Source: Candidatus Jordarchaeia archaeon (GTDB lineage Archaea > Asgardarchaeota > Jordiarchaeia > Jordiarchaeales > Jordiarchaeaceae). From it: a stretch of 49,933 nucleotides of DNA. Position 1 is the stretch's first letter. The number at the start of each line of letters is the position of its first letter. A program made the translations under genes and the position numbers. The notes beneath the pieces are model-generated. The model saw nothing but the letters and a program-made list of their open reading frames with translations, was not told the DNA's origin and searched no databases. The DNA is taken from NCBI GenBank assembly GCA_029856435.1, contig JAHQXB010000114.1:1-49933 (forward strand), read 5' to 3'. This document shows, one piece after another, positions 18,966-28,347 of this stretch.

Positions 18966-19469
18966 TTAAAATATTGTTTTTATCTTTGGTGTTTTGGGTT
19001 TCAATGTATCTGGCTTAACTATTAGGCTTTGGTCGTCGGTTTCGATGACAACCTCGAGCCCATTATGGTACACTTTACAAGTTTTTAAGGGATTTTTGCA
19101 ACTTATTTTCAGAACCTGGCAATTAAATTTGAACCCCTCTTCCATACTCTCTTCGGAAAGGGGTTCAATTAGCTGTTCCCCTCGAACCAATTTAACGGTG
19201 TCAATTTTTAGCCTCTTATCTTCCTCTTCGATGGCTTCTCTCATTCCCTGTTTAAGAATGGTCTCCTTCTTTGCAGACCAATAAATCTTAGTCTTTCCTC
19301 TCTCCTTTTTTATTTCTACCAGTCCCAAGGGTTTGAGAGGATTCACTATATCATATATTCTCCTTTTTGGAACCTTTAGTTTTTGTGCCAGTTCAGTATT
19401 ATGTATTCCAGTGTCGCCTGCCTCTCTCAAGAGCTCAATAGCCCTTCGAGCCGCTTCCTCTAACTTCAC
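18966..19469 (-). CDS. Winged-helix DNA-binding protein with E2F/DP-like signature
   Basis: IELLREAGD...LAQKLKVPKRRIYDIVNPLKPLGLVEIKK...KIYW resembles the E2F DNA-binding domain ([20 protein letters not shown]...IQW). Confidence 0.75.
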   Translation of the reverse strand: MKLEEAARRAIELLREAGDTGIHNTELAQKLKVPKRRIYDIVNPLKPLGLVEIKKERGKTKIYWSAKKETILKQGMREAIEEEDKRLKIDTVKLVRGEQLIEPLSEESMEEGFKFNCQVLKISCKNPLKTCKVYHNGLEVVIETDDQSLIVKPDTLKPKTPKIKTIF

Positions 19470-19633
19470 GACAACTTCACTCCCCTAAAACTAGAATAAA
19501 GCCAGTTTATAAATAGTAACTTGTGTTATTAAATATTACCCCCTTCTTCGACAAAAGTATAATCCCAAAAGAAATTTTGTTGCGATTACTTATTCTGCTG
19601 CAGATAAAATTTGAGAATTGTAATTTTTCAGGT

Positions 19634-20215
19634 TTATTGAGAAGGAAATAATTTTGCTTCTTCAAGAAATGAGGAAACCAATAGTGTGGGGTCTAGTTGC
19701 TCTGCCTTCTCTTGTTTGTTCCAAGCAGAAACTATTTTCCGGTATTGCTCAAGCTCTTCTATTACTTGTTTTCCCAGTATCTCCAGATTTTTCTCCGAAA
19801 TCCTTTTTCCCTGTCCCAATCCAAGACAAATGTTTTCAGCCCTGGCCATTAAGCCCCAAGATAGCCAACCTTCCTTAACCTCAAAGACAAAGGGGAAACT
19901 CCGGCAAACCATAGGTCTCCCCTCATAAATCCCGCAGAGGTTACCCTTCAAAAATACACATGAACCGTCGTCCTTCTTTCTCAACCCCAAGAAGGCGTTG
20001 CCCCTAAACGTGGAAATAGCTGGGAAAACCAGTCTGTTCTCCAATTCTTTCCTAACTTGATAGAAACCAACATATTTTTGTAAAAGTTCCTTAAGATCGC
20101 ACTTCAAGTGGTTCACTAGTCGGATGGTGTCCCTATTCGTGATAGTAACAATGGTGTTCTTGTCCCTGCAGCAGTTCCCACACTTAATGCACTTGAATCT
20201 AACTTTTCTCACCAT
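19634..20215 (-). CDS. YkgJ/CxxCxxCC family Fe-S/Zn protein
   Basis: FKCIKCGNCC, CVFL, LCGIYEGRPMVCRSFPF, terminal CLGLG. Confidence 0.9.
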   Translation of the reverse strand: MVRKVRFKCIKCGNCCRDKNTIVTITNRDTIRLVNHLKCDLKELLQKYVGFYQVRKELENRLVFPAISTFRGNAFLGLRKKDDGSCVFLKGNLCGIYEGRPMVCRSFPFVFEVKEGWLSWGLMARAENICLGLGQGKRISEKNLEILGKQVIEELEQYRKIVSAWNKQEKAEQLDPTLLVSSFLEEAKLFPSQ

Positions 20216-20571
20216 GACCGAACAAGCCGCTCCACCATACTCTCTTTCTTACCGCTATCCTTCTTACTGTTCCCTTTTACGTCTTCACTATTTGAAGAAT
20301 TCACCTTGGCCCCATTGGATCTCTTACTTTTATCTAGTGGAAAGCTTATCCCGCAATGTTTGCACTCCACTATTCGCTCATGTTTATCTCCTTTTAAGTA
20401 GATATGCATTAATAGGGGTTCACTGCAGTTACCACATTTAAAGTCTTCTAACTTTTTAGTCTCCACAAGGACGGAACTATTGGGGTCATCCAATATTTTT
20501 CCTGCTTTTTTCTCTTTAGCACTCACCAAGACAAATCCCTGCATTGTAATTGTATCAAACCGGTTTAGCAA
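20209..20571 (-). CDS. Hypothetical zinc-ribbon protein
   Basis: CGNC...CKHC pair; stop overlaps the start of the YkgJ gene. Confidence 0.6.
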   Translation of the reverse strand: MLNRFDTITMQGFVLVSAKEKKAGKILDDPNSSVLVETKKLEDFKCGNCSEPLLMHIYLKGDKHERIVECKHCGISFPLDKSKRSNGAKVNSSNSEDVKGNSKKDSGKKESMVERLVRSW

Positions 20572-20705
20572 TTCATAATACTTTTTATAAACAGAATAGG
20601 TTTAGGAGAGATGTCATGACTAGCCCGACTCAAAAAACCAAATAAGCCCTAGTCAAACTATTACTTATTTTAAGCTCTCTGAATAAATAATCTACTTTAA
20701 ACCTT

Positions 20706-21059
20706 TTAAGCTTTTAGTAACTGAATCTCGATGGTGGAAACATTGCGCTTATCATCGCCAGTACCTATGATCTCGGTGCCTGTAGTAATCTTACCCAATT
20801 TTACACCCTCGGGTAAGAAGCGCTGACGAACAATCTCTGCAACATCCACCGCCTTAGAAATAGCTCTGCCACGAGCAACGATGATAACCTCTTTAGCGCC
20901 TTGATTGAACTGGATAACACAAGCTAAGACATAACTCAATCGACGTAGAACACAAAAGTGAATCTACATTGTCGGTTTCCTTCCTATAAAGACCATATTC
21001 TCTTCTGATCTTTCTTCTTCGGGTTCTGCCTCGTTCTTTTTTGCTGGTTTTTTGGACAT
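20706..21059 (-). CDS. albA: DNA/RNA-binding protein Alba, split gene: exon 1 21059-20969, exon 2 20938-20706, 107 aa after splicing
   Basis: GGAGG then ATG at 21059. Exon 1 ends [10 protein letters not shown]; exon 2 reads [37 protein letters not shown]...NVSTIEIQL. Joined KPTMSYVLA matches the Alba pattern KPVMNYVLA. Confidence 0.92.
20939..20968 (-). other. 30-nt bulge-helix-bulge intron in the alba mRNA
   Basis: Minus strand: CGAC-AA^U-GUAGA-UU-CAC-UUUU-GUG-U-UCUAC-GUCG-AU^U-G. The 4-bp central helix CGAC/GUCG has two 3-nt bulges. Cutting after the 2nd nt of each bulge removes the in-frame UAG and regenerates AUG. Confidence 0.88.
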
Positions 21060-21332
21060 TTTAATTGCCTCCCTTGTATGCCCCTTTATTATTAGATTAT
21101 TGTTTTATTTACCATTTAAATTTTTCTTTTTTAAATTACTTTTTAATCCTTTAACCTACACTCAGCACAATCTTAATTTTTATTTTTTCGGCGCAATTCG
21201 TAACTCTCTAGAAGAGAGTGGGGTGGTCTCTTCGCCTTTTCAGTAACCGAATTATTTAAATGAGGTTTGAACAATGAAACTTAGTGTATAAAAATTGCCG
21301 ATAATAAGAAGGCTGACCCGAGAGGATTTCAT

Positions 21333-21785
21333 ATGTCCGAGGAGCAACCATTGAACGTCATGTTGGTTTCTCTTATTATTTTAATTGAGGGGACATTAAT
21401 GCTTATTTTTGGAATTTACACGGGGGTCTTCTGGTTGCAGCTTCGGGGCTTTCTATCCATCAGTGATTTGCTTCTCCTTTTTTCAGCTGATCCTGTAACA
21501 TATTTGTTGGTACTTGGCTCAAAGTATATGCTTGGTTTTTGGGTGAATCTTAACCTTGCGAGGCTTATCTTTCTTTGGGGATGGTTTATCTTTAGTATTA
21601 TTGTTTTTATTACATTTTCTGGTCTTAAGAGCTGGGCATATTACTTAGCGATGGTGCATTCTATTATTGGTTTTATTTTTTCTGCTCTTTTTCTTCCAGA
21701 TTTGATGGCTCTTCCTTTAATTTCCGCCAGCTTGCTGGTATTAGTTTACTTACTGGTAAGTGAAGAAATAAAGGATAGATTCTAA
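21333..21785 (+). CDS. Hypothetical integral membrane protein (about 4-5 TM)
   Basis: Strongly hydrophobic 150-aa ORF with GAGGA upstream. Confidence 0.7.
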   Translation: MSEEQPLNVMLVSLIILIEGTLMLIFGIYTGVFWLQLRGFLSISDLLLLFSADPVTYLLVLGSKYMLGFWVNLNLARLIFLWGWFIFSIIVFITFSGLKSWAYYLAMVHSIIGFIFSALFLPDLMALPLISASLLVLVYLLVSEEIKDRF

Positions 21786-22067
21786 ATTGCAGTATTTCTT
21801 TTTTTGAAGACTAACTTTATGAATCTAAATCTGTATCTTTTGTTTTGATTTTTTAGAATTGTAATAGAAATTTGTTTATTGGTAGATGATTTTGTTTTCG
21901 TGACAAAATTTAATAAATTAAAAAACAAGTGGTGGAGAATTATTTCTAATTACATTTTCGGAACATTTTTTGAGCGTGGGCATAGGGCAAATGAATTGTG
22001 GAGAGTTAAAAATGTTACTGTCACCAAAAAATTTTCATTGGTAGGAAATACGAAACATGTATTGGAT

Positions 22068-22403
22068 TTATTTTCTTTTCCTTTTTGCTTTTGCTATCTC
22101 TACTTTTTCTACCTCTTTTACCTTTTCTACTATCTCTTTTTCTTCTTTTAATACGGGTTGGTATATTTTTATTCTGGGGTTGCCTTCTATAAGTTTTATT
22201 TTTCCTCTTTTCTCCAAGTCTTTGATTATTTCGTTTGCTACGCTTACCCTAATGTTGTATTTTCCTGAGATAATGGTTGGGGTTATTATTTTCATTTTTG
22301 GAACTTCTTCTTCTATTGATGATTTAAGCTCACTGCTTACCATAATGTTTCTAACCTGTTTTTCCACCGCTTTGGGTTCCTTAGTCCATTTTTTCTTGCT
22401 CAT
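22068..22403 (-). CDS. rps25e: 30S ribosomal protein S25e
   Basis: SKKKWTK, EVPKMKIITPTIISGKYNIRVSVANEIIKDLEKRGKIK. ATG 22403 follows GGTGGTGA. Confidence 0.9.
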   Translation of the reverse strand: MSKKKWTKEPKAVEKQVRNIMVSSELKSSIEEEVPKMKIITPTIISGKYNIRVSVANEIIKDLEKRGKIKLIEGNPRIKIYQPVLKEEKEIVEKVKEVEKVEIAKAKRKRK

Positions 22404-22615
22404 TATTTTCACCACCGATTAATTACAAACAAGAGTCAGTTTCATTAAAAGCATTTCCATCAATTATCATACTATGGCGATTTTTAGATTTTGCTACCAC
22501 GTTTCTATGTTAATGATTAATGAGGGATTAACTATTTTAACAAATAGTTGATAAGTTCTAGATAAATAACTTTTTTGAGATTAAGCTGCAAAAAGAAATC
22601 TATATCTATCATATT

Positions 22616-23125
22616 TTGGAGGAGAAATTTTTGGAGGAATCTGTAAACAAAGGCGTATCGGGATACGAGCCTTCTGAGCAGGAAAAGGTAATGTTGTTAA
22701 GAATGGAGTTGCAGGATTTGAGTTTTGCCTTTATAATCTCAGCAATAGATGAGTTTGGAGAGGGAGGGCTTAAATTTTGTAAGGCCTTTTTCAGAAACAG
22801 AATAAGTAATCTCCTCATTTGGTATAGGCATTTCTTTAAAGTAGTAAACGATGATGCCATTTCGATTGCCTCAGTTATATTATCTAGACGGGCTCTCCTA
22901 GGAGAGAAATATCACATTGTGGAGCTTAACGAGAAGAATTGTGAAGCGGATATAAAAAATTGCCCAATTATTAAAATTAAGGGCTCCACTGAGATATGTG
23001 AGATTATTTCAGAGGGGGAAGATGCAGCGGCAAAGATGATTAATCCCAAGGCTATTGCTACCTGCCGCAAGTTGACAGTTAAAAAGCGGCCACAGTGCCG
23101 ACTATCAGTAAAAATTGGAGGGTAA
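22616..23125 (+). CDS. V4R/ATC-hydrolase-like domain protein
   Basis: IKNCPI...EICE...D...INPK...C...C pattern after a helical N-terminus. Confidence 0.55.
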   Translation: MEEKFLEESVNKGVSGYEPSEQEKVMLLRMELQDLSFAFIISAIDEFGEGGLKFCKAFFRNRISNLLIWYRHFFKVVNDDAISIASVILSRRALLGEKYHIVELNEKNCEADIKNCPIIKIKGSTEICEIISEGEDAAAKMINPKAIATCRKLTVKKRPQCRLSVKIGG

Positions 23126-23164
23126 CACTACAATTTGCCCATTTTTCATCCGTTCAAAAAGGGC

Positions 23165-24019
23165 TTACTTTAAGTTTTGCTTCAATTGGAGGTTGTCAAA
23201 AAAAATTTTGTCCATCTCGCTGCGCTCTGATAGCCGGATCTCCCTGAGCTTGCGGATGTAATCCAAGTTCAGGCTGGCTATAATAATTTCTTCATTACTG
23301 GAGGCTTCGGTTATTTCTAGCTTTGAGGGGCTTTCGTATCCTTTCTTGAAACCTATTATTAGACTTCTGCCAGTCCACAAATCACCCCGCTCATTGCTAA
23401 CCGCGTTTACAGCAACTATGGGAACTCTATTTTCGAGGGCTCTAGCCTTCAAATAAATATGCCAATTCTCTATACCCGAGGAGGGTACAAATGCGGGATT
23501 AACTATTATGTCCGCCCCCTTCAACGTTAATATTCTAGGAACTTCTGGAAAAGCTAAGTCGAAACACACCGTCATTCCTACGCTGCCAAATTCTGTTTTG
23601 CAGAGCTCCAACCTATCTCCTGGGGTAAAAAAATTTTTCTCAAATTTGTACAAATGGATTTTTGAATGCAAACCAATACAGTTTCCTTCTCTGTCGAATA
23701 ATCGGGAGGTATTGTAATACTTGTTGCCCCGCTTCTCCCAAATTGAGCCTCCCACCACATAGACGCCGTTTTCACTCGCAATCCTTTCCAAACATCTTAT
23801 GCTGGGACCATTCTCATCTTCAGAGTCTTTAAACGGATCTCCATTTTTAATGTTCCATTTCTCCGGAAGACATATGAGGTCTACTTCTTTACTGGCTGCC
23901 TCCTGAGCTAATCTGCTAACCTTCTGTAGGTTTTTCTCTTTTGTTCCTTCCTTCAAAACTTGGATTCCAGCTATCCTTATTTCCACCATTACTTCGAACC
24001 ACCAAGGCTTATGCTCCAC
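23165..24019 (-). CDS. Carbon-nitrogen hydrolase (nitrilase family)
   Basis: E-K-C triad: LPEKW, HSKIHL, VCFDLAFPE. Confidence 0.93.
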   Translation of the reverse strand: MEHKPWWFEVMVEIRIAGIQVLKEGTKEKNLQKVSRLAQEAASKEVDLICLPEKWNIKNGDPFKDSEDENGPSIRCLERIASENGVYVVGGSIWEKRGNKYYNTSRLFDREGNCIGLHSKIHLYKFEKNFFTPGDRLELCKTEFGSVGMTVCFDLAFPEVPRILTLKGADIIVNPAFVPSSGIENWHIYLKARALENRVPIVAVNAVSNERGDLWTGRSLIIGFKKGYESPSKLEITEASSNEEIIIASLNLDYIRKLREIRLSERSEMDKIFFDNLQLKQNLK

Positions 24020-24272
24020 TTAACAATTAAGCGATACTCTTATAGATATTACTCTCTTACCTTTAATTCGAATTAAATTAAGCTTTTAACTATTTAAAAC
24101 ACAACCAAAAATAGTCAAAAAACACCTTTCCCCAATGCATAAAGGAAAATTATCAGGGAAAGTAGGAATGAAAACAAATTTAAAGCTGCCAAATTAAAAT
24201 AAGAAACCAACGTGCTACCCTGATTATTTCTATCAAATTTTGGTCAATCTATTTGGACTCGGAGGCTTCGCC

Positions 24273-25697
24273 TTGAGGGATTTACTGACGAACATTGTGG
24301 ATTACGGTCAAAGATTAGGAGCAGACTTCGTGGAAGTTAGACACCAAAGCTCTGATAACATAGTGTTTCATATGGAAGATGGAAGAGTAGAGTCTGTTAA
24401 ACAGGGAATTGAGTCTGGTTTCGCTATTCGAGTTTTGGCTCGTGGAAACTGGGGTTTCGCCACAGTCAACGCTGAGGAAGCATTAAGAGAAGCCACAGAA
24501 AAAGCTGTTAAAATGGCGATTGGCGCAAGCAAACATGTTAAAGAACCTGTAACCCTCTCCGAAAGCGACATAGTGGAGGATTGTGTAGCAATTAAACCAG
24601 ATATTAATCCGAAGGATATCCATATTGAGGAAAAGTTAAAACTCTTTTTCACAATTAACGACTGCCTTCTAAATTATAACAAGCACATTCGCAGTTGTAC
24701 TATAGATTATGCGGATATTACTGGTAAGAAGTGGTATGTGAACAGTGAGGGAACAGCAATCGAGCAGGACATCCTCTATGTTTGGAGCAGAATAGTGGGA
24801 GTTGCGCGTAAGGGCGACGTATTCGCATCAAGCAGAGAGGAACTAGGATCCACTAAAGGTTTTGGATTTTTGGTAAAGGAACCACCTGAGAACATAAGCA
24901 CACGTCTCGCCCAGCGCCTCTTAGAACAAATTAAAGCAAAACCGCCCAAAGGGGGTTCATTCACCGTTGTTCTAGGCTCAGACGTAACTGGAACCTTTGT
25001 GCATGAAGCTTTCGGGCACCTTGCGGAGGCTGATCTTACCCTCTCCGGAAACGTGTTAGCTAAAAATTTGGGAACACAAATTGCATCGCCTCTGGTAACC
25101 ATATACGATGACGGTACAGTAGAGGGGGGATTTGGAAGTTTCAAGTATGACGATGAGGGGGTAAAATCCCAGAAAACTATTTTATTAGACGAGGGGTATG
25201 TTGTTGGGTTAATGTATGACAGAGAACACTCATCTAAAATGCAGAAGGTCAAGAACTTGATGGTGCCAACCGAAATGGTTGGGCAATTCAATGTAAGGCC
25301 GACTGGAAATGCGCGGGCTGAAGATTTCCGTTCACCTCCAATAATACGAATGAGGAACACCTACATAGCGCCTAGAGACTATACCTTCGAAGAGCTTCTG
25401 GAAAGCATCAATTTTGGATACTATTTGGTGAGCTTTATGGGCGGTCAAGCTAATCTAGATGGAACATTTCAAGTTGGAATTCAAGAGGCTTACGAAATCG
25501 TAAAGGGTGAACTAGGTGAACCTGTGAGAAACGCCTCCATAAGCGGTAATACTTTAGAAACCCTGAGGCAGGTAGACGCCGTAGGGAAAGATTTTGAACT
25601 CCATAGCGGTCGTTGTGGAAAGGGGCAAACAGCCTTCGTAAGCGATGGAGGAGCTCCAATTAGGGTTAAAAGGATTATTGTGGGCGGAGCTGGTTGA
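24273..25697 (+). CDS. tldD: TldD family metalloprotease
   Basis: FVHEAFGHLAEAD (HExxGH), FKYDDEG, IRMRNTYI, CGKGQ. TTG 24273 follows GGAGG (ORF track starts at 24240). Confidence 0.93.
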   Translation: MRDLLTNIVDYGQRLGADFVEVRHQSSDNIVFHMEDGRVESVKQGIESGFAIRVLARGNWGFATVNAEEALREATEKAVKMAIGASKHVKEPVTLSESDIVEDCVAIKPDINPKDIHIEEKLKLFFTINDCLLNYNKHIRSCTIDYADITGKKWYVNSEGTAIEQDILYVWSRIVGVARKGDVFASSREELGSTKGFGFLVKEPPENISTRLAQRLLEQIKAKPPKGGSFTVVLGSDVTGTFVHEAFGHLAEADLTLSGNVLAKNLGTQIASPLVTIYDDGTVEGGFGSFKYDDEGVKSQKTILLDEGYVVGLMYDREHSSKMQKVKNLMVPTEMVGQFNVRPTGNARAEDFRSPPIIRMRNTYIAPRDYTFEELLESINFGYYLVSFMGGQANLDGTFQVGIQEAYEIVKGELGEPVRNASISGNTLETLRQVDAVGKDFELHSGRCGKGQTAFVSDGGAPIRVKRIIVGGAG

Positions 25698-27053
25698 ATG
25701 AGCGAAATTTTAGGCAAGGTGGAAAACATAATTACCCTCGCAGAAAGTATGGGAGCAGACGAAGTGGAGTTATTCATAACTCAAGGTAAATCATTTGAAA
25801 TAGAAATTAGGCAAGGACAAATAATTAGCAGTAGCAGTACCATAGACAGCGGAGTTGGAATTCGAGTTGTACTCAAAAAAGCTGTTGGGTTCGGCTACTG
25901 CAACACCCTAGATAAAAGGAAACTGGAACAAACCGCCGAAAAGGCAGTACAACTTGCCAAAAGCAGTAAGCCGGACAATAATTGGTGCGAACTGCCCCAC
26001 CCAAGTTCTTTTCCAGTAGTTAGAGGAATATATGACAAAAGGATTACCGAACTTTCTGTAGAGGACATAGTTGAAATTGCAGATAGAATGCTCCAAGCAA
26101 CCGCCGATTATGATAAGAGAGTAACGCCCTACTGGGGGGGCGCGGTTTCAGCACATGGAACATACGCTATCCTGAACAGCCATGGAGTAGAAGGTTTAGA
26201 GAAGAGCACAGTAATAGGTTGCATGATGGGAACTGTGGCTCAAGAGGGAAACCAAGTTTCACCAGAGTGTAGCGAAACTGACTATAAGCGTTCTTTAAAC
26301 ATTAAACCTGAAAATGTTGGACGAGAGGCAGCACGCCTAGCAATTGAATCCCTCAAACCCAAAAAAATAGAAACCGGAAATTACCCCGTTATATTAGCTC
26401 AGGACGCTCTGACTAGCCTATTGGGCTACACCTTTGTCCCCACTATAGGCGGTGATAATGTTATCAGAGACAAATCAGCTTATAAGAACAAACTGAATAC
26501 TCCTGTTGCCTCCGAAATGTTAACCGTAGAGGATGACGGAATTATGGAGAGAGGACTTAACACGGCCTCCTTTGATGGAGAAGGTACACCGAGGCAAAAA
26601 ACAACAATTATCGAAAATGGCGTCCTGAAAAACTTTATTTTCGACAATTACTTTGGAAGAAGGGCGGGAGTCAAATCAACAGGAAACGCCAAACGAAGGG
26701 GGTATTCAGCAACACCAAACATAGGCCCCACAAACCTATGCATAAAAAAAGGAGATAAGGATCCAGAAGAAATGGTGTCAGAAATAGAGAATGGACTATT
26801 TATCCGCGACGTACAGGGAGCTCACTCCAGTAATCCAGAATCCGGAGAAGTAAGTGTAGTTGCAACACCCTGCTGGAAAATCGAAAAGGGTGAAATAAAG
26901 TATCCAGTCAAAGGAGCAATGTTAGCTGGAAATATCTATGAAATGCTCAAAAGAATAGGAAGTATCGGAAACAACCTCAGGCAACTAGCTTATTTGGAAG
27001 CACCCTGGATTAGTTTCGAAAATGTGAGAATAGTTGGAGAAACTAAACTCTAA
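25698..27053 (+). CDS. pmbA: TldE/PmbA family protein
   Basis: SFDGEG, TGNAKR, GAHSSNPESGE, PVKGAMLAGNIYEML; lacks HExxH; directly follows tldD. Confidence 0.92.
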   Translation: MSEILGKVENIITLAESMGADEVELFITQGKSFEIEIRQGQIISSSSTIDSGVGIRVVLKKAVGFGYCNTLDKRKLEQTAEKAVQLAKSSKPDNNWCELPHPSSFPVVRGIYDKRITELSVEDIVEIADRMLQATADYDKRVTPYWGGAVSAHGTYAILNSHGVEGLEKSTVIGCMMGTVAQEGNQVSPECSETDYKRSLNIKPENVGREAARLAIESLKPKKIETGNYPVILAQDALTSLLGYTFVPTIGGDNVIRDKSAYKNKLNTPVASEMLTVEDDGIMERGLNTASFDGEGTPRQKTTIIENGVLKNFIFDNYFGRRAGVKSTGNAKRRGYSATPNIGPTNLCIKKGDKDPEEMVSEIENGLFIRDVQGAHSSNPESGEVSVVATPCWKIEKGEIKYPVKGAMLAGNIYEMLKRIGSIGNNLRQLAYLEAPWISFENVRIVGETKL

Positions 27054-27068
27054 CAAGTATTAGAAAGG

Positions 27069-27803
27069 TTACATCATTCTTCGCTTCCACTGGGGAATCT
27101 TTGATAAAAGCATCTCCTTATCAGTGGGACTTAGAGGCTGCTTAGGGGAATCAGCTCTAAGTTTCGCGGCAATCTTATTCATTTCGTAATAAATCGGGTG
27201 ATACAAAACTAGGGACTCCAAAGATTTTCTTGTAGACTCAATCTTTGCCGCAACTTCCTCCGCGGGCAGACTCCCCTCACAGAATTGCTCTAATTCATTT
27301 AACAAGCTAACTACCTTGTTAAGCGGCAGAGCCGAAGTAGTTATTTCGGAAACTGGCTTTAACGCTTCAGTCTTTGAATCCAACTGATCTAATGTAACTT
27401 TTGGTTCAGTGGCTTCCGTTTTAGGAGTATCTGGCGTTTCTTCAAAGATGGTAGGAGTAGCCTTTGCTTCCGATAAGAAAGATTCAGTAATCATTTCTTC
27501 GGAGACTTCCTGATCTGATACTTCTGTTGCTGGAGTCTCAATTGTTTCTGGAGAAATGGCTGTTTTCAATTCTGGTTCCTGTTCCGAAATTAGGGGCGGC
27601 TTGGGAACCGGGACAGTCGGCAATTTACTTAGCATCGTTTTTTCTATCTCTGAACCAGAGTTAACTGTTATTTTTTCCAGATTTGAGGATAAGTCAAGCA
27701 AGTCTTGCCTAAGCTTGCCCAATTGAAGAATCACATCTCGAATTGTATCTGCAACATCCTTCAATTTGCTTCTTACATTTTTCAGGTCCTCTTCTGAAGA
27801 CAT
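27069..27803 (-). CDS. Hypothetical protein: N-terminal coiled coil, acidic P/E/T linker, C-terminal helical bundle
   Basis: 244-aa ORF with clear three-part composition. Confidence 0.7.
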   Translation of the reverse strand: MSSEEDLKNVRSKLKDVADTIRDVILQLGKLRQDLLDLSSNLEKITVNSGSEIEKTMLSKLPTVPVPKPPLISEQEPELKTAISPETIETPATEVSDQEVSEEMITESFLSEAKATPTIFEETPDTPKTEATEPKVTLDQLDSKTEALKPVSEITTSALPLNKVVSLLNELEQFCEGSLPAEEVAAKIESTRKSLESLVLYHPIYYEMNKIAAKLRADSPKQPLSPTDKEMLLSKIPQWKRRMM

Positions 27804-27984
27804 TTGGATACCCCAACCGATGAGTAAATTACAGAAATACTACTAAAAATATGGATATCCACATACTTAAAAGTTCCAATAAAACTTTATTCTTTAATCA
27901 CCCCTAACTAAAATTTAAAGGAGGGCTATTTTTAAATCTCTGATACTGAAATTTATATAAATTTAACATGATGTTAGGTTTGAG

Positions 27985-28257
27985 GTGGATGTTTTGCCAG
28001 CTCTCAACTGTGGAATAAATTATGAGGTTCACAAAGATAAGATAATTATTATAAAAGAGGATGAGCACCTTGAAATTCCTCTATCCAAAATCAATTGTGG
28101 ATTTATAGCTCTAAACACCATCTATATTGAGGTGGAAAATCCCGAAGGTTCAGAAAATAAATACGCGTATTATACTTTAAAAACGGATAATCTAGTTGAG
28201 CTATATAGATGTTTGTCAGAGTTAAATATAGAAGTGCTACGTCTCTATGCCTTCTAA
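27985..28257 (+). CDS. Small hypothetical protein, possibly PH-like fold
   Basis: Beta-rich 90 aa with LEIPLSKI and a C-terminal helix. Confidence 0.5.
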   Translation: MDVLPALNCGINYEVHKDKIIIIKEDEHLEIPLSKINCGFIALNTIYIEVENPEGSENKYAYYTLKTDNLVELYRCLSELNIEVLRLYAF

Positions 28258-28347
28258 AAAGATTGCCCAAAAAGCGTGGGCTTGCTTGAAGCCGAAAAGC
28301 GGTTTCCTAATACAAACTACAGGCTGTTGGCGAGGAGAATCCCAACT

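Noticed and set aside
20939-20968. Pyrrolysine/TAG read-through or pseudogenisation as the explanation for the alba stop
   Set aside because: Read-through would insert 10 residues into the conserved KPxM-xYV junction. The exact BHB geometry and frame-restoring cut sites explain the insert better. The track's 77-aa TTG-start ORF lacks Alba strand beta-1.
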